Program-made: the position numbers and the translations under genes
DNA from: Patescibacteria group bacterium
GTDB taxonomy: Bacteria; Patescibacteriota; Minisyncoccia; JACQLN01
Direction of reading: 5' to 3'
Assembly (NCBI GenBank): GCA_038065095.1
Contig: JBBTRR010000006.1
Coordinates: forward strand, 20,713 to 84,712
DNA length: 64,000 nucleotides
Notes under the pieces: generated by a model
Database searches by the model: none
Seen by the model: the letters and a program-made list of their open reading frames with translations, nothing else
What the model was told of the DNA's origin: nothing
In this document: positions 28,911 through 38,817 of the stretch, one piece after another
Position numbering within the stretch: the stretch's first letter is position 1
How the letters are laid out: each line of letters begins with the position of its first letter

Positions 28911-30306
28911 AACCCGTATTGCTCCCAGCCCTACAGGCTATATGCACGTTGGTACAGCTCGTACCGCGCTTTTTAATTATTTATTCGCCAAACAAAATCA
29001 CGGCGAATTTTTATTACGTATAGAAGACACTGATACTGAAAGATCAAAAGAAGAATATGAAACCGATATTATAAACGGCTTAAAATGGCTGGGTTTAAAT
29101 TGGGACGGTGAAATAATAAGACAAAGCGAGAGACTTGGTCTCTATAAAAAATATCTAGTTCAATTACTTAATGAAAAGAAAGCATATTACTGCCCACATA
29201 TAAAAGAATACATTGAAAAAGAAAAAGAAAGTCAGCTAGAAAACAAACAAGTACTCTTTCATCGATGCACCGAAAGAGATAGTAACCTAAAAGTTGGTGA
29301 GATTATAAGGTTTAAAAACAGAGCCTTAAATAGTGTCTCAAATGAAGATTCACTGATTCGAACGTTTCAAGATAATATACGAGGTCAAATTGAATTTTTT
29401 CCAAAACTACTTGGAGATTTTTCCTTAGCTAAAAATCTAGACGCCCCGCTTTATAATTTCGCAGTTGTTATAGACGATCACGAAACCGAAATAACCCATG
29501 TAATACGTGGTGAAGATCATTTACCTAACACTCCTAAACAAATACTCATACAGGAAGCTCTTGGTTTTGAACAACCAGAATATGCTCATCTGCCCCTGAT
29601 ATTAGCCGCCGATCGATCAAAGCTTTCCAAACGCCACGGCGCTGTTTCAGTTAATGAATTTACTAAGCTGGGCTATTTGCCAGAAGCTATGAACAATTTT
29701 TTAGCCTTGATTGGTTGGCATCCTAAAGATGAAAAAGAAATTTTTAGTTTAGAAGAACTAGCCAAAGAATTTCAACTGGAAAGAGTTCAAAAAGCTGGTG
29801 CAATTTTTAATATAGAAAAACTAAATTCTATAAACAATCATTACATAAAAGAAATGGTGCCAGCGGAAATATCTAAATTAATAGCGCCATATTTAGATAT
29901 GTATAACCCAACCGAAGCTCAACTTATTAAAGTAGCTCACTTATTTAAAGACCGTTTAAATATATTTTCCGAAATAAAAGAATTAGCTGGTTTTATATTT
30001 GCCTTACCAATTTATGAAACAAAATTATTAAGCTGGAAAGAAGAACCAAAAGAAAAAATTAAGGAAAACTTACAAATAGTTTTATCTATACTAGAAAATA
30101 TACCAAAAAACTCATTCGATATAGACGCAACCACAACCGAACTTATGCCTAAAGCCAACGAAATAGGTCGAGGCGATTTATTATGGCCATTAAGAGTGGC
30201 GCTATCCGGTATAGCTAAATCACCAAGCCCGTTTGAGATTTTAGACGTTTTAGGCAAAAAAGAATCAATAAATAGGATTAAAAAAACTATAGAAAAATTA
30301 AAATGA
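28900..30306 (+). CDS. gltX: Glutamyl-tRNA synthetase
   Basis: RIAPSPTGYMHVG, RGEDH, KLSKR. Confidence 0.96.
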   Translation: MKVRTRIAPSPTGYMHVGTARTALFNYLFAKQNHGEFLLRIEDTDTERSKEEYETDIINGLKWLGLNWDGEIIRQSERLGLYKKYLVQLLNEKKAYYCPHIKEYIEKEKESQLENKQVLFHRCTERDSNLKVGEIIRFKNRALNSVSNEDSLIRTFQDNIRGQIEFFPKLLGDFSLAKNLDAPLYNFAVVIDDHETEITHVIRGEDHLPNTPKQILIQEALGFEQPEYAHLPLILAADRSKLSKRHGAVSVNEFTKLGYLPEAMNNFLALIGWHPKDEKEIFSLEELAKEFQLERVQKAGAIFNIEKLNSINNHYIKEMVPAEISKLIAPYLDMYNPTEAQLIKVAHLFKDRLNIFSEIKELAGFIFALPIYETKLLSWKEEPKEKIKENLQIVLSILENIPKNSFDIDATTTELMPKANEIGRGDLLWPLRVALSGIAKSPSPFEILDVLGKKESINRIKKTIEKLK

Positions 30307-31592
30307 GTTTTTCTTTTAAAAGATTTGGGATATTCTTTATTTTTTTGGCGTTGTTTTTTGCACCAACTTTTGCTTATGCCGATCAATTAGAAAATTTGAA
30401 AATTGAAAGAGAGGGTTTACAAAATAATATTTCCGAATTAGAAGCAAAAATAACCGAATATCAAAAAAATTTAGATTCTAAAAGGGGAGAGATAACTTCT
30501 TTAAAAAATGAAATTTCGGGTATAAATACTCAAATAAACAAACTTAATTTAGATATTAAAAAAACCGAAAGCCAAATCAGTTTAACGCGTATAGATATTC
30601 GAGAAACTCAAACCAATATTCAAGAAACAGAACTAAGTATAGAAGAAAAACAAGAAGTGCTTGGAAGCATACTAAGGGAACTTCGCAAATTTGATGACGA
30701 AAGCCTATTAGAAAGAGCTTTAAAATATAAAACACTAACGGAGGCTGTAAAACAAACTGAACAATTAGATTCTTTGCAAAATAAAATGAACGATGTGCTT
30801 AAAGACACTAGAAAACTAAAAAATAATCTAGAAAACAAAGAAGTGGATTTAAAAGAAAATAAAAAAGAATTAGAAAATAAAACCGCTCAACTTTCTGTTC
30901 AAAAATCGGCTCAACAAGAACAAAAAACAAGAAAGGACACCGTACTTAAAGTAACTAAGGGCCAAGAACAAATATACCAAACACTACTAAACCAAGTAGA
31001 ACAACAGCAAGCCGATCTTTTGTCGCGTTTAGCAAAAATTGAAAACGATATTTTAATTCAAAAAAACTTTGTCGGTTATTTTCAGGCAGGCACTATTCCT
31101 AAACCAGGAACTAAAATCTTTGCTTGGCCCGAAGATAATGCTCGAGTTACCCAAAACTATGGTATGACCAAATACGCTAAACGTGGAGCTTATGGTGGCC
31201 AAGGCCACAACGGTATAGATATTTCTGCAGGCTTAGCCAGCCCTATAAAAGCTGCGGCCGGTGGCAAAATTGTCGCCAAAGGTTTAGAATCTTGCCAAAA
31301 CTATATTCGCCCATCTTGTAATAGTTATTGGGGCAACTGGGTTGCAATTCAACACCCTGGAGGCTTAGTAACTTTGTATGCACATATGTCTAAAATCTCT
31401 ACAAAATCTGTTAACGATGAGGTTCAAACTGGCGATGTTATTGGCTACGAAGGTGCTAGCGGTAATGTTACTGGCCCTCATTTACACTTTTCTGTTTACA
31501 CAGAATTCTTTACTTATAATGATCCAAAAACAGGGGACTTACGAATAAGTTATGGCTATCTAAAAACTTTAAACCCATTGGATTATCTATAA
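30303..31592 (+). CDS. Coiled-coil M23 peptidoglycan endopeptidase (EnvC/CwlO-like architecture)
   Basis: Signal peptide, long coiled coil, HNGID, YAHM, GPHLHF. Confidence 0.88.
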   Translation: MSFSFKRFGIFFIFLALFFAPTFAYADQLENLKIEREGLQNNISELEAKITEYQKNLDSKRGEITSLKNEISGINTQINKLNLDIKKTESQISLTRIDIRETQTNIQETELSIEEKQEVLGSILRELRKFDDESLLERALKYKTLTEAVKQTEQLDSLQNKMNDVLKDTRKLKNNLENKEVDLKENKKELENKTAQLSVQKSAQQEQKTRKDTVLKVTKGQEQIYQTLLNQVEQQQADLLSRLAKIENDILIQKNFVGYFQAGTIPKPGTKIFAWPEDNARVTQNYGMTKYAKRGAYGGQGHNGIDISAGLASPIKAAAGGKIVAKGLESCQNYIRPSCNSYWGNWVAIQHPGGLVTLYAHMSKISTKSVNDEVQTGDVIGYEGASGNVTGPHLHFSVYTEFFTYNDPKTGDLRISYGYLKTLNPLDYL

Positions 31593-31652
31593 ATATAAAA
31601 AGTAAATATTTTGCGATATACTACACCAAAAGAAAGGGGGAGATAAAAAAAT

Positions 31653-31797
31653 CATTATTCCGAACAGCATCCCGCCAAAGGCGGGCAGGTATGGAGTTTG
31701 CCTGCCGTAGGCAGGAAGACCACTTATATAAATAAAGAGGCTCCATACCCGCTTCGCCAGAGCTTTAGCGAGGCGAGTCGTCTGTGAGGAATAATGT
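31653..31797. repeat. Nested inverted-repeat cluster
   Basis: Outer cattattcc/ggaataatg, inner ggtatggag/ctccatacc, three small GC-rich hairpins. Confidence 0.75.
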
Positions 31798-31856
31798 TTT
31801 TTTGCTATAGATTAGTGTCGCATAAGCTACATTGTGCGACAGTTAGTTATCCACAT

Positions 31857-32312
31857 TCACTCTAAGCCCGGGCAATTACCCGCAGGCCTAAACCCAGAAT
31901 TTTTAGCTTCTAATATAGATGCAAAATATATTTTATTTTCTTCTTTCATCTTTAGCGCGCCGGCACAATTTTCAAAGTGATAAATTTTACTTCCTTTATT
32001 CCCTACAATTTTTTGTGTGGGTAATACCATAGCCGCAACATCAGGGTCAGTCCCCTCTATTGTAGGTGGGGAGGGGCTAAATTCTTTAGTATTGATAGTT
32101 TTAACAACAGCTTTATCTTTAACAGAATTATCTGTAACAATTTTATTTAAATCAGCAGTATTTAAAAGCGTGCTTTTTATATTAAGCCCCACAGTTTTGT
32201 TTTCTGCGCTTAAACGACCCAAACCAAAACTAATAAGCCCAACCAACATAATAACTGTAATTAAAAATATTTCGTTCTGGTATAATTTTAATTTTTCAAT
32301 AATAGACTTCAT
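31857..32312 (-). CDS. Membrane-anchored protein with C-terminal Ada-like metal-binding motif
   Basis: SFGLGRL TM segment; KIYHFENC..A...GFRPAGNC. Confidence 0.7.
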   Translation of the reverse strand: MKSIIEKLKLYQNEIFLITVIMLVGLISFGLGRLSAENKTVGLNIKSTLLNTADLNKIVTDNSVKDKAVVKTINTKEFSPSPPTIEGTDPDVAAMVLPTQKIVGNKGSKIYHFENCAGALKMKEENKIYFASILEAKNSGFRPAGNCPGLE

Positions 32313-32346
32313 AATTCTATATAGAAAATTTATGGTTCGAAATAGC

Positions 32347-33972
32347 TCACCACAAGTAAATTTTAAAAATATCTATACCTTTATTGTTTTTTATAATTAT
32401 TGGGCTTATACCTTGTTTTAATAAATCTTTCTCTAAAACGGGCGACGCTGTTAAAGCACCAGACCTTAAAGGTAATTCGACAGTAGGTATTATTAAATAA
32501 TTATTTTTAAAAACATTTTTTTCGGGGAGGGTTAAATAATCCATACTCTTTATAACTGGCCAGCCGTGGTATATCTGGCGCCTATCTAATATCCAAAGTT
32601 GAGCTGTTTCATATATAGATTCATCGTATACTATTAATGCATTATAATTACTATCCCCTTTTTCTTTAGCCTGTTCCACACTCGCAGATTGAAAAGTTTC
32701 TATAAACTTATATCTGGAATCAAAAACATATTTAGGATATTTATTTTTTAATTCTTCGGAAAAGAATTTTTCTAATTCATTATAACCCCAATTATAATTT
32801 TCCTGCCTAACAGGGGAATAAGCCAATACTTCCCTACCCCATGGAAAATTTATTACATGGCTGTTTAACGAATAAAATAATTCAAAAATAATTACTGGAA
32901 CTAAAATATATTTATAATTAAATTTTGATATAAAATTACCTGCCGTTAAAACCATAGTCGGCGTTAACATAGTTAAGAACCGACGAGTTGGGCCAATTAA
33001 CAAAAACAACGAAACTTGAAACACTAACCAAATAAATAAAAACCTATTTTTAGACTTAATCCAAAAAATACTTATGGCAAATAACATAAGCAAGACATAA
33101 GAATTTGATTTTACTAAATTAGGTATAAAATCTTTAACTCTATCATCTAGCGAACCAATTTCTTCCTTGCCAGGAGCCTCCAGCCACTCTTTAGGGTGTT
33201 GATTAAGTATATAAGAAAGCTGAAAATCAAAATGTCCTACATTTTTATAAAGACCAATATTATAAATGATTACCGGGCTAAATATTATTAACCCCACTAA
33301 CACGCCCAGCCATAAATTTATATCCTTAAAATAACTTCGTTTATAGATTAAAAGATAAGTGAATATTATTGGCACTACTATAAAAGTTGTGTATTTGGTT
33401 AACCCGCCCAAACCGACAGCCATGCCCATTAAAATTAAGTATCGCGAATTTTCTAAAGACTTTAAAAATAAAAATAATGTTAAAAGTATAAAAAAGATTA
33501 CGTAAGATTCCTGTAAACCAACTCGAGAAATAAATACGTTGTTAACTGTAACCGCCATCAAAAAAGCTGATATTAACCCAGCTTTTTCATAGAAAAGCCT
33601 TCGACCTATTAAATAGATCAACCAGACTGATAAAACTCCCAATAATGTCGAAGGAAATCTAAAAGCAAAGTTATTTTCACCAAATAATTTTATAAATATA
33701 TGTTGAATCCAAAACACTAAAGGTGGATGATCGTGCCAAGATAATCTCGCCCAAAATGGTACTCTAGTCGAGCCGAACCCCTCGACTCCGCTCGGGGCAA
33801 GCCACTCCCAAGGCGTTGACTGCTTATTGGCTACATCAAAATCCATTGGGCCGACAGCACGAAAAGCATAAAGCATCTCGTCGCCCAGCGGATCACCGCT
33901 AGATAAGTTAATAAAGCGCAACAAAGCTGCTAGAACCAAAATAAAAACTAAAATCTTTTTATTCTTAACCAT
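32347..33972 (-). CDS. ArnT/PMT-like GT-C glycosyltransferase
   Basis: GDEMLY, HPPL, FAFRFPS, LTKYT; many TM helices. Confidence 0.85.
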   Translation of the reverse strand: MVKNKKILVFILVLAALLRFINLSSGDPLGDEMLYAFRAVGPMDFDVANKQSTPWEWLAPSGVEGFGSTRVPFWARLSWHDHPPLVFWIQHIFIKLFGENNFAFRFPSTLLGVLSVWLIYLIGRRLFYEKAGLISAFLMAVTVNNVFISRVGLQESYVIFFILLTLFLFLKSLENSRYLILMGMAVGLGGLTKYTTFIVVPIIFTYLLIYKRSYFKDINLWLGVLVGLIIFSPVIIYNIGLYKNVGHFDFQLSYILNQHPKEWLEAPGKEEIGSLDDRVKDFIPNLVKSNSYVLLMLFAISIFWIKSKNRFLFIWLVFQVSLFLLIGPTRRFLTMLTPTMVLTAGNFISKFNYKYILVPVIIFELFYSLNSHVINFPWGREVLAYSPVRQENYNWGYNELEKFFSEELKNKYPKYVFDSRYKFIETFQSASVEQAKEKGDSNYNALIVYDESIYETAQLWILDRRQIYHGWPVIKSMDYLTLPEKNVFKNNYLIIPTVELPLRSGALTASPVLEKDLLKQGISPIIIKNNKGIDIFKIYLW

Positions 33973-34655
33973 AGAACTTTTATAAAACTCTCCCAAATTA
34001 TACCTAGGTTAAATTTGGATTTACCCGTTTTTCTTTCGGTAAAAATTATAGGTGTTTCGCAAATTTTATAACCCAATTTTTGAGCCTTATATGTTGTTTC
34101 AATTTGAAAGTTGTAACCAGTAGAACTTAACGAATCTAAATTTATTTTTTCTAACACTCCCCTTTTCCAACATTTAAAACCGCCAGTTAAATCTTTGTAA
34201 GGTAAACTCAAAATAAGCTGAGCATAAATATTACCAAACCTACTTACCATTTTTCTTATAACATCCCAATTTTCCGTGCCCCCACCTTTAATATACCTAG
34301 AACCTAAAACCAAGTCCCATTCCCCTATTTTGTGTAAAAAATCTAATATGTTTTTAGGATTATGCGATAGATCGGCGTCCATCTGTATAATATAGTCTGG
34401 CTTATCTTGAGCCGATAAAATTAATTTAAAGGCCGAAACATAGGCTTTGCCTAAACCTTCTTTCTTAGCTCGGCTTAATAATTTAATTGGATATTTTAGA
34501 GATAACTCCTTTACCACTTCGGCTGTGCCATCGGGCGAGTTATCATCTACAACCAAAACTTCTAGGTCGTTTAGGCCTAGTGCGAATATCTTTTCTATGA
34601 CTTCTATAATATTAGATCTTTCGTTATAAGTAGGTATAACTACTACTGCTTTCAT
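33948..34655 (-). CDS. Polyprenol-phosphate mannose synthase (GT2)
   Basis: IPTYNE, VDDNSPDGT, MDADLSH, GSRY, DLTGGFK. Confidence 0.92.
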   Translation of the reverse strand: MKAVVVIPTYNERSNIIEVIEKIFALGLNDLEVLVVDDNSPDGTAEVVKELSLKYPIKLLSRAKKEGLGKAYVSAFKLILSAQDKPDYIIQMDADLSHNPKNILDFLHKIGEWDLVLGSRYIKGGGTENWDVIRKMVSRFGNIYAQLILSLPYKDLTGGFKCWKRGVLEKINLDSLSSTGYNFQIETTYKAQKLGYKICETPIIFTERKTGKSKFNLGIIWESFIKVLWLRIKRF

Positions 34656-34680
34656 TATTTATACACGATTTATATATTCC

Positions 34681-34707
34681 ACACTTGGGAGCGAAGCTCC
34701 CAAGTGT
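34681..34707. terminator. 12-bp hairpin with GAA loop, probable terminator
   Basis: acacttgggagc-gaa-gctcccaagtgt. Confidence 0.55.
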
Positions 34708-34714
34708 TTTATAT

Positions 34715-35110
34715 TTATTCTGTCGTTTTGCCATCATATTCTTCGTCATCGGCCATAGCTTCTTCTTTGGTTTTATGCACTAAACCATCTATATGATTCG
34801 GCGGAGAATAAACTGTATAAAGCTTTAACGGCTTATCATCAGATGTATTAATTATGTTGTGATTTGCACCAGCTGGCACAACTATAGCAAATCCATCCGA
34901 TATTAAATGTTCTACTCCATCTAAAATAGCCTTGCCTTCCCCTTGTTCACAACGAATAAATTGGTCTAAGTGATGAACCTCGGCACCAATATCTTCACCT
35001 GGTTTTAAACTCATTAATACAAGCTGACTATTTTTACTAGTATATAAAACATGTCTAAAATTTTCGTTGTTTATAGACTCTTGTTCTATATTGTTTACAT
35101 ATCCTTTCAT
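34715..35110 (-). CDS. Cupin domain protein
   Basis: GEDIGAEVH..DQF, VPAGANHNIIN, LYTVYSPPNH. Confidence 0.88.
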   Translation of the reverse strand: MKGYVNNIEQESINNENFRHVLYTSKNSQLVLMSLKPGEDIGAEVHHLDQFIRCEQGEGKAILDGVEHLISDGFAIVVPAGANHNIINTSDDKPLKLYTVYSPPNHIDGLVHKTKEEAMADDEEYDGKTTE

Positions 35111-35217
35111 GTTTAAATTAATTTAATTAATAATAGATCAACAGCTATAATAACAAACAATAACAAAAACAGCCATATTAAGAGGCTGTTTTTGTTCGGT
35201 AAAAGTAATTACAAAAA

Positions 35218-35466
35218 TTAAGAAAGATGTTTAGAAACCAGCTTTGTCATTTCGAACATGCTAACAGTAGCTTTGCCACCAAATACTTTCTTAAGGTTGG
35301 CATCGGCGTTTATATTGCGCTTGTTAGTAGGATCTTGAAGATTGTTCTTCTTGATGTAGACCCAGAGTTTTTTAACAACTTCCGAACGAGGCATAGGCCC
35401 CTTACCAACGACTTCAGCCAACTCGGAGCTGATATTCATTGGTTTCATAAATGCAGTGTTTGCCAT
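35218..35466 (-). CDS. Stand-alone SWIB/MDM2 domain protein
   Basis: RSEVVKKLWVYIKKNNLQDP.NKR.I..D. Confidence 0.9.
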   Translation of the reverse strand: MANTAFMKPMNISSELAEVVGKGPMPRSEVVKKLWVYIKKNNLQDPTNKRNINADANLKKVFGGKATVSMFEMTKLVSKHLS

Positions 35467-35603
35467 ATGTTTTTATTTTATTGATTAAGCTTTTACTAAT
35501 GGTATCTTAATTTCTGAAAAATGCAAGCGCTTAGGTTAGTTTAGCCATTAATTGAATCTTTATCGAGCTTGGTTCGATTTCACTTCGATAATTAAAATAT
35601 AAA

Positions 35604-35888
35604 TTAAATGCGCTTTTCTGTTTTAAGATAAACTTCAGATCTGTGTTTAATGGCGAATACTTTTACCTTATTTCCTTCAACTCTAAAAATAATCCTGTAG
35701 TCTCCCACCCGTAATTTGCGATAATTCTTGAGTGAACGGCGGAGCGGTTTACCGTAAACTTCTGGTTTTGTTATTAGTTTTGTTATTAGTTTTGTTTCAA
35801 TGGCTCGCTTTATATTCTTTTTCCACACAGCCGATAATTTTGGAATATCGTCCTGCACCACCAAATAATGATAAAATATTTCAAACAT
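35604..35888 (-). CDS. relE: RelE/ParE family toxin
   Basis: GKPLR..L..YRKLRVGDYRIIF..HRSEVY; 12-nt tandem duplication TKLI-TKLI. Confidence 0.88.
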   Translation of the reverse strand: MFEIFYHYLVVQDDIPKLSAVWKKNIKRAIETKLITKLITKPEVYGKPLRRSLKNYRKLRVGDYRIIFRVEGNKVKVFAIKHRSEVYLKTEKRI

Positions 35889-36109
35889 TATTTCCAAGCC
35901 TTGGCATGAGAAACAAACTGAGTTTGTTTTTTATCCCGTTTTTCGGCAATTTCATTCCAAAACAAATCTTCCTCAACCTCTAAAGCAACTTCAAGTAATC
36001 GAACTGCTTTAGTAGCTTCAGGCATACGATCGCGTTTGGCCAGCTTTTGAAGCGCTTCCTTTACTTCATCGGGTAAACTTATATTGATTCTAGACTTTAA
36101 AGTAGGCAT
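35888..36109 (-). CDS. Ribbon-helix-helix antitoxin
   Basis: RINISL, ends VSHAKAWK; stop overlaps the toxin start. Confidence 0.8.
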   Translation of the reverse strand: MPTLKSRINISLPDEVKEALQKLAKRDRMPEATKAVRLLEVALEVEEDLFWNEIAEKRDKKQTQFVSHAKAWK

Positions 36110-36201
36110 GCGCTAAGTGTACCAAAAGTGTATCACTCAAGTCAACAAACTAAAATTCTATCTTGGGCTTCGCCCCAAAAAACTTTTCGGCGGACGGATT
36201 T

Positions 36202-36522
36202 TTAGAAAAGTTGAAAATAATGACCCATGAAAAATAATGTGAGAATAACGGTACCGAGCACCGTAGATATAAAAAGAAAACCGAGTGTTTTCTTGAGACG
36301 ATCATCGCTATATTTATGGTGCGACAAATATAATACTATGGTGGCAATCACATACAACAATACAGAAAAAATACTTTTAGATGTCCAATGATGACCGAAA
36401 AAGTCTTTAAGCCAATCTTTCAACGGCGCGGATAGTTCTGCCCCGACAGTAATAACCACGACAAAAATGATTGCAATAATTGCCGCGTATGCCGAGGAAA
36501 TGATTAATTTTGGTTTATCCAT
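36202..36522 (-). CDS. Membrane protein
   Basis: Three TM segments, GHHW motif; ATG 36522 chosen. Confidence 0.65.
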   Translation of the reverse strand: MDKPKLIISSAYAAIIAIIFVVVITVGAELSAPLKDWLKDFFGHHWTSKSIFSVLLYVIATIVLYLSHHKYSDDRLKKTLGFLFISTVLGTVILTLFFMGHYFQLF

Positions 36523-36530
36523 AAGATATA

Positions 36531-37013
36531 TCAGTTGATTGCACCCCAGCGAACCGTGGCAGAAATTATGAACCCCATCACGCCGATGAGAAGCCCAATC
36601 ACAGCAACAGCACCAGAAAGCCACAAGGCAAGTCGACGAAGTTTAAGCCGATCCATCTCCTCTTTCGGAAGCAAGGTGATGAAAAATACGGTCATCGCAA
36701 GCGGGATAACAAATAGGAAAATATGCTCCTTAGTTTCCATGATAATATTGTGTACCCACGGCGCAACACCACTTTTGATTACCGGCTTCACAAGCGTCCC
36801 ATAGTAAGCGACATAGTAGTAACCGCCAGCAAGCCAGCTTGCAATAAAAGCGACAGTACCTATTGCCGCAGTGATAACCATACTCCTCTGCGAGTTCCCA
36901 TCGCCTTTTAATTTTCCCAACAGCCACAAGAACGCGTCAATACCAATAATACCAAAGCCAAGGTGAAGGCCGATAAGAACAGGTTTACTTTGTAGTATAG
37001 CGACAATATCCAT
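36531..37013 (-). CDS. Four-TM membrane protein
   Basis: GGYYYV..Y, METKEHIF segment. Confidence 0.7.
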   Translation of the reverse strand: MDIVAILQSKPVLIGLHLGFGIIGIDAFLWLLGKLKGDGNSQRSMVITAAIGTVAFIASWLAGGYYYVAYYGTLVKPVIKSGVAPWVHNIIMETKEHIFLFVIPLAMTVFFITLLPKEEMDRLKLRRLALWLSGAVAVIGLLIGVMGFIISATVRWGAIN

Positions 37014-37065
37014 AGGATAATTTTATCACTAAAATACACTTTGGGACAAAAACTAAAACCAAGTG

Positions 37066-37317
37066 TTAACTTAAATCTTCTTTTCTCTCCTCAAATTCTT
37101 TTTTGTCAATTTCACCTTTAGCGTAACGTTCTTTTAAGATTTCAAGCGGAGACTTATCTTTTCCGTGCGTGTTATCGCCATGATCGTGTCCACACATATG
37201 ACCCCTCCCAAAACTACCTCTTATTAAAGCGATAATCGCCCAAATTATAAGGCCCCAAAAGACCACCATAAAAATCCAGCCGAACCCGCCAAAGGGCGTA
37301 AATCCAAAATTCATCAT
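37066..37317 (-). CDS. SHOCT domain membrane protein
   Basis: [22 protein letters not shown]; His-rich linker. Confidence 0.85.
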   Translation of the reverse strand: MMNFGFTPFGGFGWIFMVVFWGLIIWAIIALIRGSFGRGHMCGHDHGDNTHGKDKSPLEILKERYAKGEIDKKEFEERKEDLS

Positions 37318-37396
37318 AGAATTGTTTCCTTGATTAAGTCCTTGTGGGAGACGACCACCCTCCCATCATCATTTGCATCAATTGGAGGGTCATAAG

Positions 37397-37780
37397 CTAT
37401 TTCGCGTTATTAATAATGTTTTGAATGATTTGATCAATTTCTTTTGGTCGCTCGCCCAGATCGGCTTGCGGGAAAAACTGCGACAGGACAATCGGGCGCA
37501 TGCCGGAAATGAAAGTTTGCCGATCTTTAGTATAAACATTTATTTTGCAAGGTAAACAAAGTCCGATTTTAATATCCTTATTCAGAAACTCATTGGCAAA
37601 CTTTGCGTTGCAAAATTCAATAATCTTAAACGGTTCTCGTTTAAAACCCTTCTCGACTAAAGTTTCTTGTACATTATGAATATATAAAACCCGCATACCA
37701 GCTTTAGCAATTTCGCCTTGCACGCTTAAAACCGCCTCATCAAAAGTTTTTGCTGTTGTTATTGTGTAATCAAATTCCAT
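37397..37780 (-). CDS. DUF302 family protein
   Basis: IIEFCN, IGLCLPCKINVY, MRP. Confidence 0.85.
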   Translation of the reverse strand: MEFDYTITTAKTFDEAVLSVQGEIAKAGMRVLYIHNVQETLVEKGFKREPFKIIEFCNAKFANEFLNKDIKIGLCLPCKINVYTKDRQTFISGMRPIVLSQFFPQADLGERPKEIDQIIQNIINNAK

Positions 37781-37798
37781 ATCTTCAAATTTTAATTC

Positions 37799-38422
37799 TT
37801 AATTTCTTTTGAAAATGCTAAACAGAAAACTTTGCTTTGTGTTAAATGGCGTAGTATGTATTTCTTCAAAACTCCGTACATGACTAAAGTCTTTCTCAAA
37901 AGTTCTTGTTATTGAATCCTCGGAATACTGCGTAATGTCCAGCCCACTGCATTTTTTGGGCCCGTTCATGGAAAAAGTTGATATAATGAGGTATCCATTT
38001 GGCTTTATAAATTTGCCTGCACTTTCAACATAATGAGTAATATCATCCTCTTTAGTTAAAAAATGGAACGCGGCTCTATCGTGCCAAACATCAAAACGAG
38101 ATTCCGTGTCAAATTCCAAAACATCCGTCTCAATCCAAGTGACTGATCTCGCCTTTCCTGCAAGCCTTGTTTTTGCTTTTTGCAGAGCTTTGGCTGAAAT
38201 ATCCAACACGGATATATTTTTGAAACCAAGCTCTAAAAATTTATCAACGAGATTGGAATCTCCGCCACCAATATCAATGATAGCGTTACTCTTTTCCACT
38301 CCGGTTGATAGAACAAGATCAATTGAAGTCTCTGGAGTGTCTTGATACCAGCTTACATCATGTACCATATCCTTCGTTTGGTATATTTCCTCCCAGTGTT
38401 TTTTTGTTGAATTACTGCTCAT
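37799..38422 (-). CDS. Class I SAM methyltransferase
   Basis: HWEEIY, IDIGGGDS, WHDRAAFHFL, GPKKCSGL. Confidence 0.88.
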   Translation of the reverse strand: MSSNSTKKHWEEIYQTKDMVHDVSWYQDTPETSIDLVLSTGVEKSNAIIDIGGGDSNLVDKFLELGFKNISVLDISAKALQKAKTRLAGKARSVTWIETDVLEFDTESRFDVWHDRAAFHFLTKEDDITHYVESAGKFIKPNGYLIISTFSMNGPKKCSGLDITQYSEDSITRTFEKDFSHVRSFEEIHTTPFNTKQSFLFSIFKRN

Positions 38423-38497
38423 ATTAAAATTTTTCTAATAGTGAACCTATCGAAGTCTCACTTCAATATATTATGAAGTATTCCTATTTTTTGTAAA

Positions 38498-38587
38498 TGG
38501 CGGAGGAGGTGGGATTTGAACCCACGATACCGGTAAAGGTATGCCGCCTTTCCAAGGCGGTGCACTAGGCCACTATGCGACTCCTCC
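38498..38587 (-). tRNA. tRNA-Ser(GGA)
   Basis: Cloverleaf GGAGGAG.., anticodon loop TT-GGA-AA, long variable arm, GGTTCAAATCC, encoded CCA. Confidence 0.96.
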
Positions 38588-38817
38588 TATTTTTTTATTA
38601 ACTCAACAAAACCTCTGTTTGATATTCCTGACTGGGACAAAATATGTTTTATCACTTTTCTTGTTAAATCACCAGCGTGCATTGCCACAGTTGTACTTTT
38701 ATTTGTTAGCGGATGATGCAATCTAATATGACTACCTTTTTGACGAATAATTTTAAGTCCTGCTTTAAGCAGGACTATTACCATTTCCCGAGCGCTAACT
38801 ATTGGAATAATGCTCAT
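38587..38817 (-). CDS. hicA: HicA family mRNA interferase
   Basis: RQKGSHIRL, VAMHAGDL, ILSQSGI. Confidence 0.88.
   Translation of the reverse strand: MSIIPIVSAREMVIVLLKAGLKIIRQKGSHIRLHHPLTNKSTTVAMHAGDLTRKVIKHILSQSGISNRGFVELIKK

Noticed and set aside
31847-31855. DnaA box as a replication origin
   Set aside because: Only one box, with no cluster and no dnaA/dnaN nearby.
36181-36201. Possible att duplicate of the tRNA-Ser 3' end (cggcggacggattt)
   Set aside because: The match is too short and mismatched to support.
38541-38726. Short ORFs overlapping tRNA genes (also 52599-52921)
   Set aside because: They are translations of tRNA-Ser and tRNA-Leu sequence on the antisense strand.
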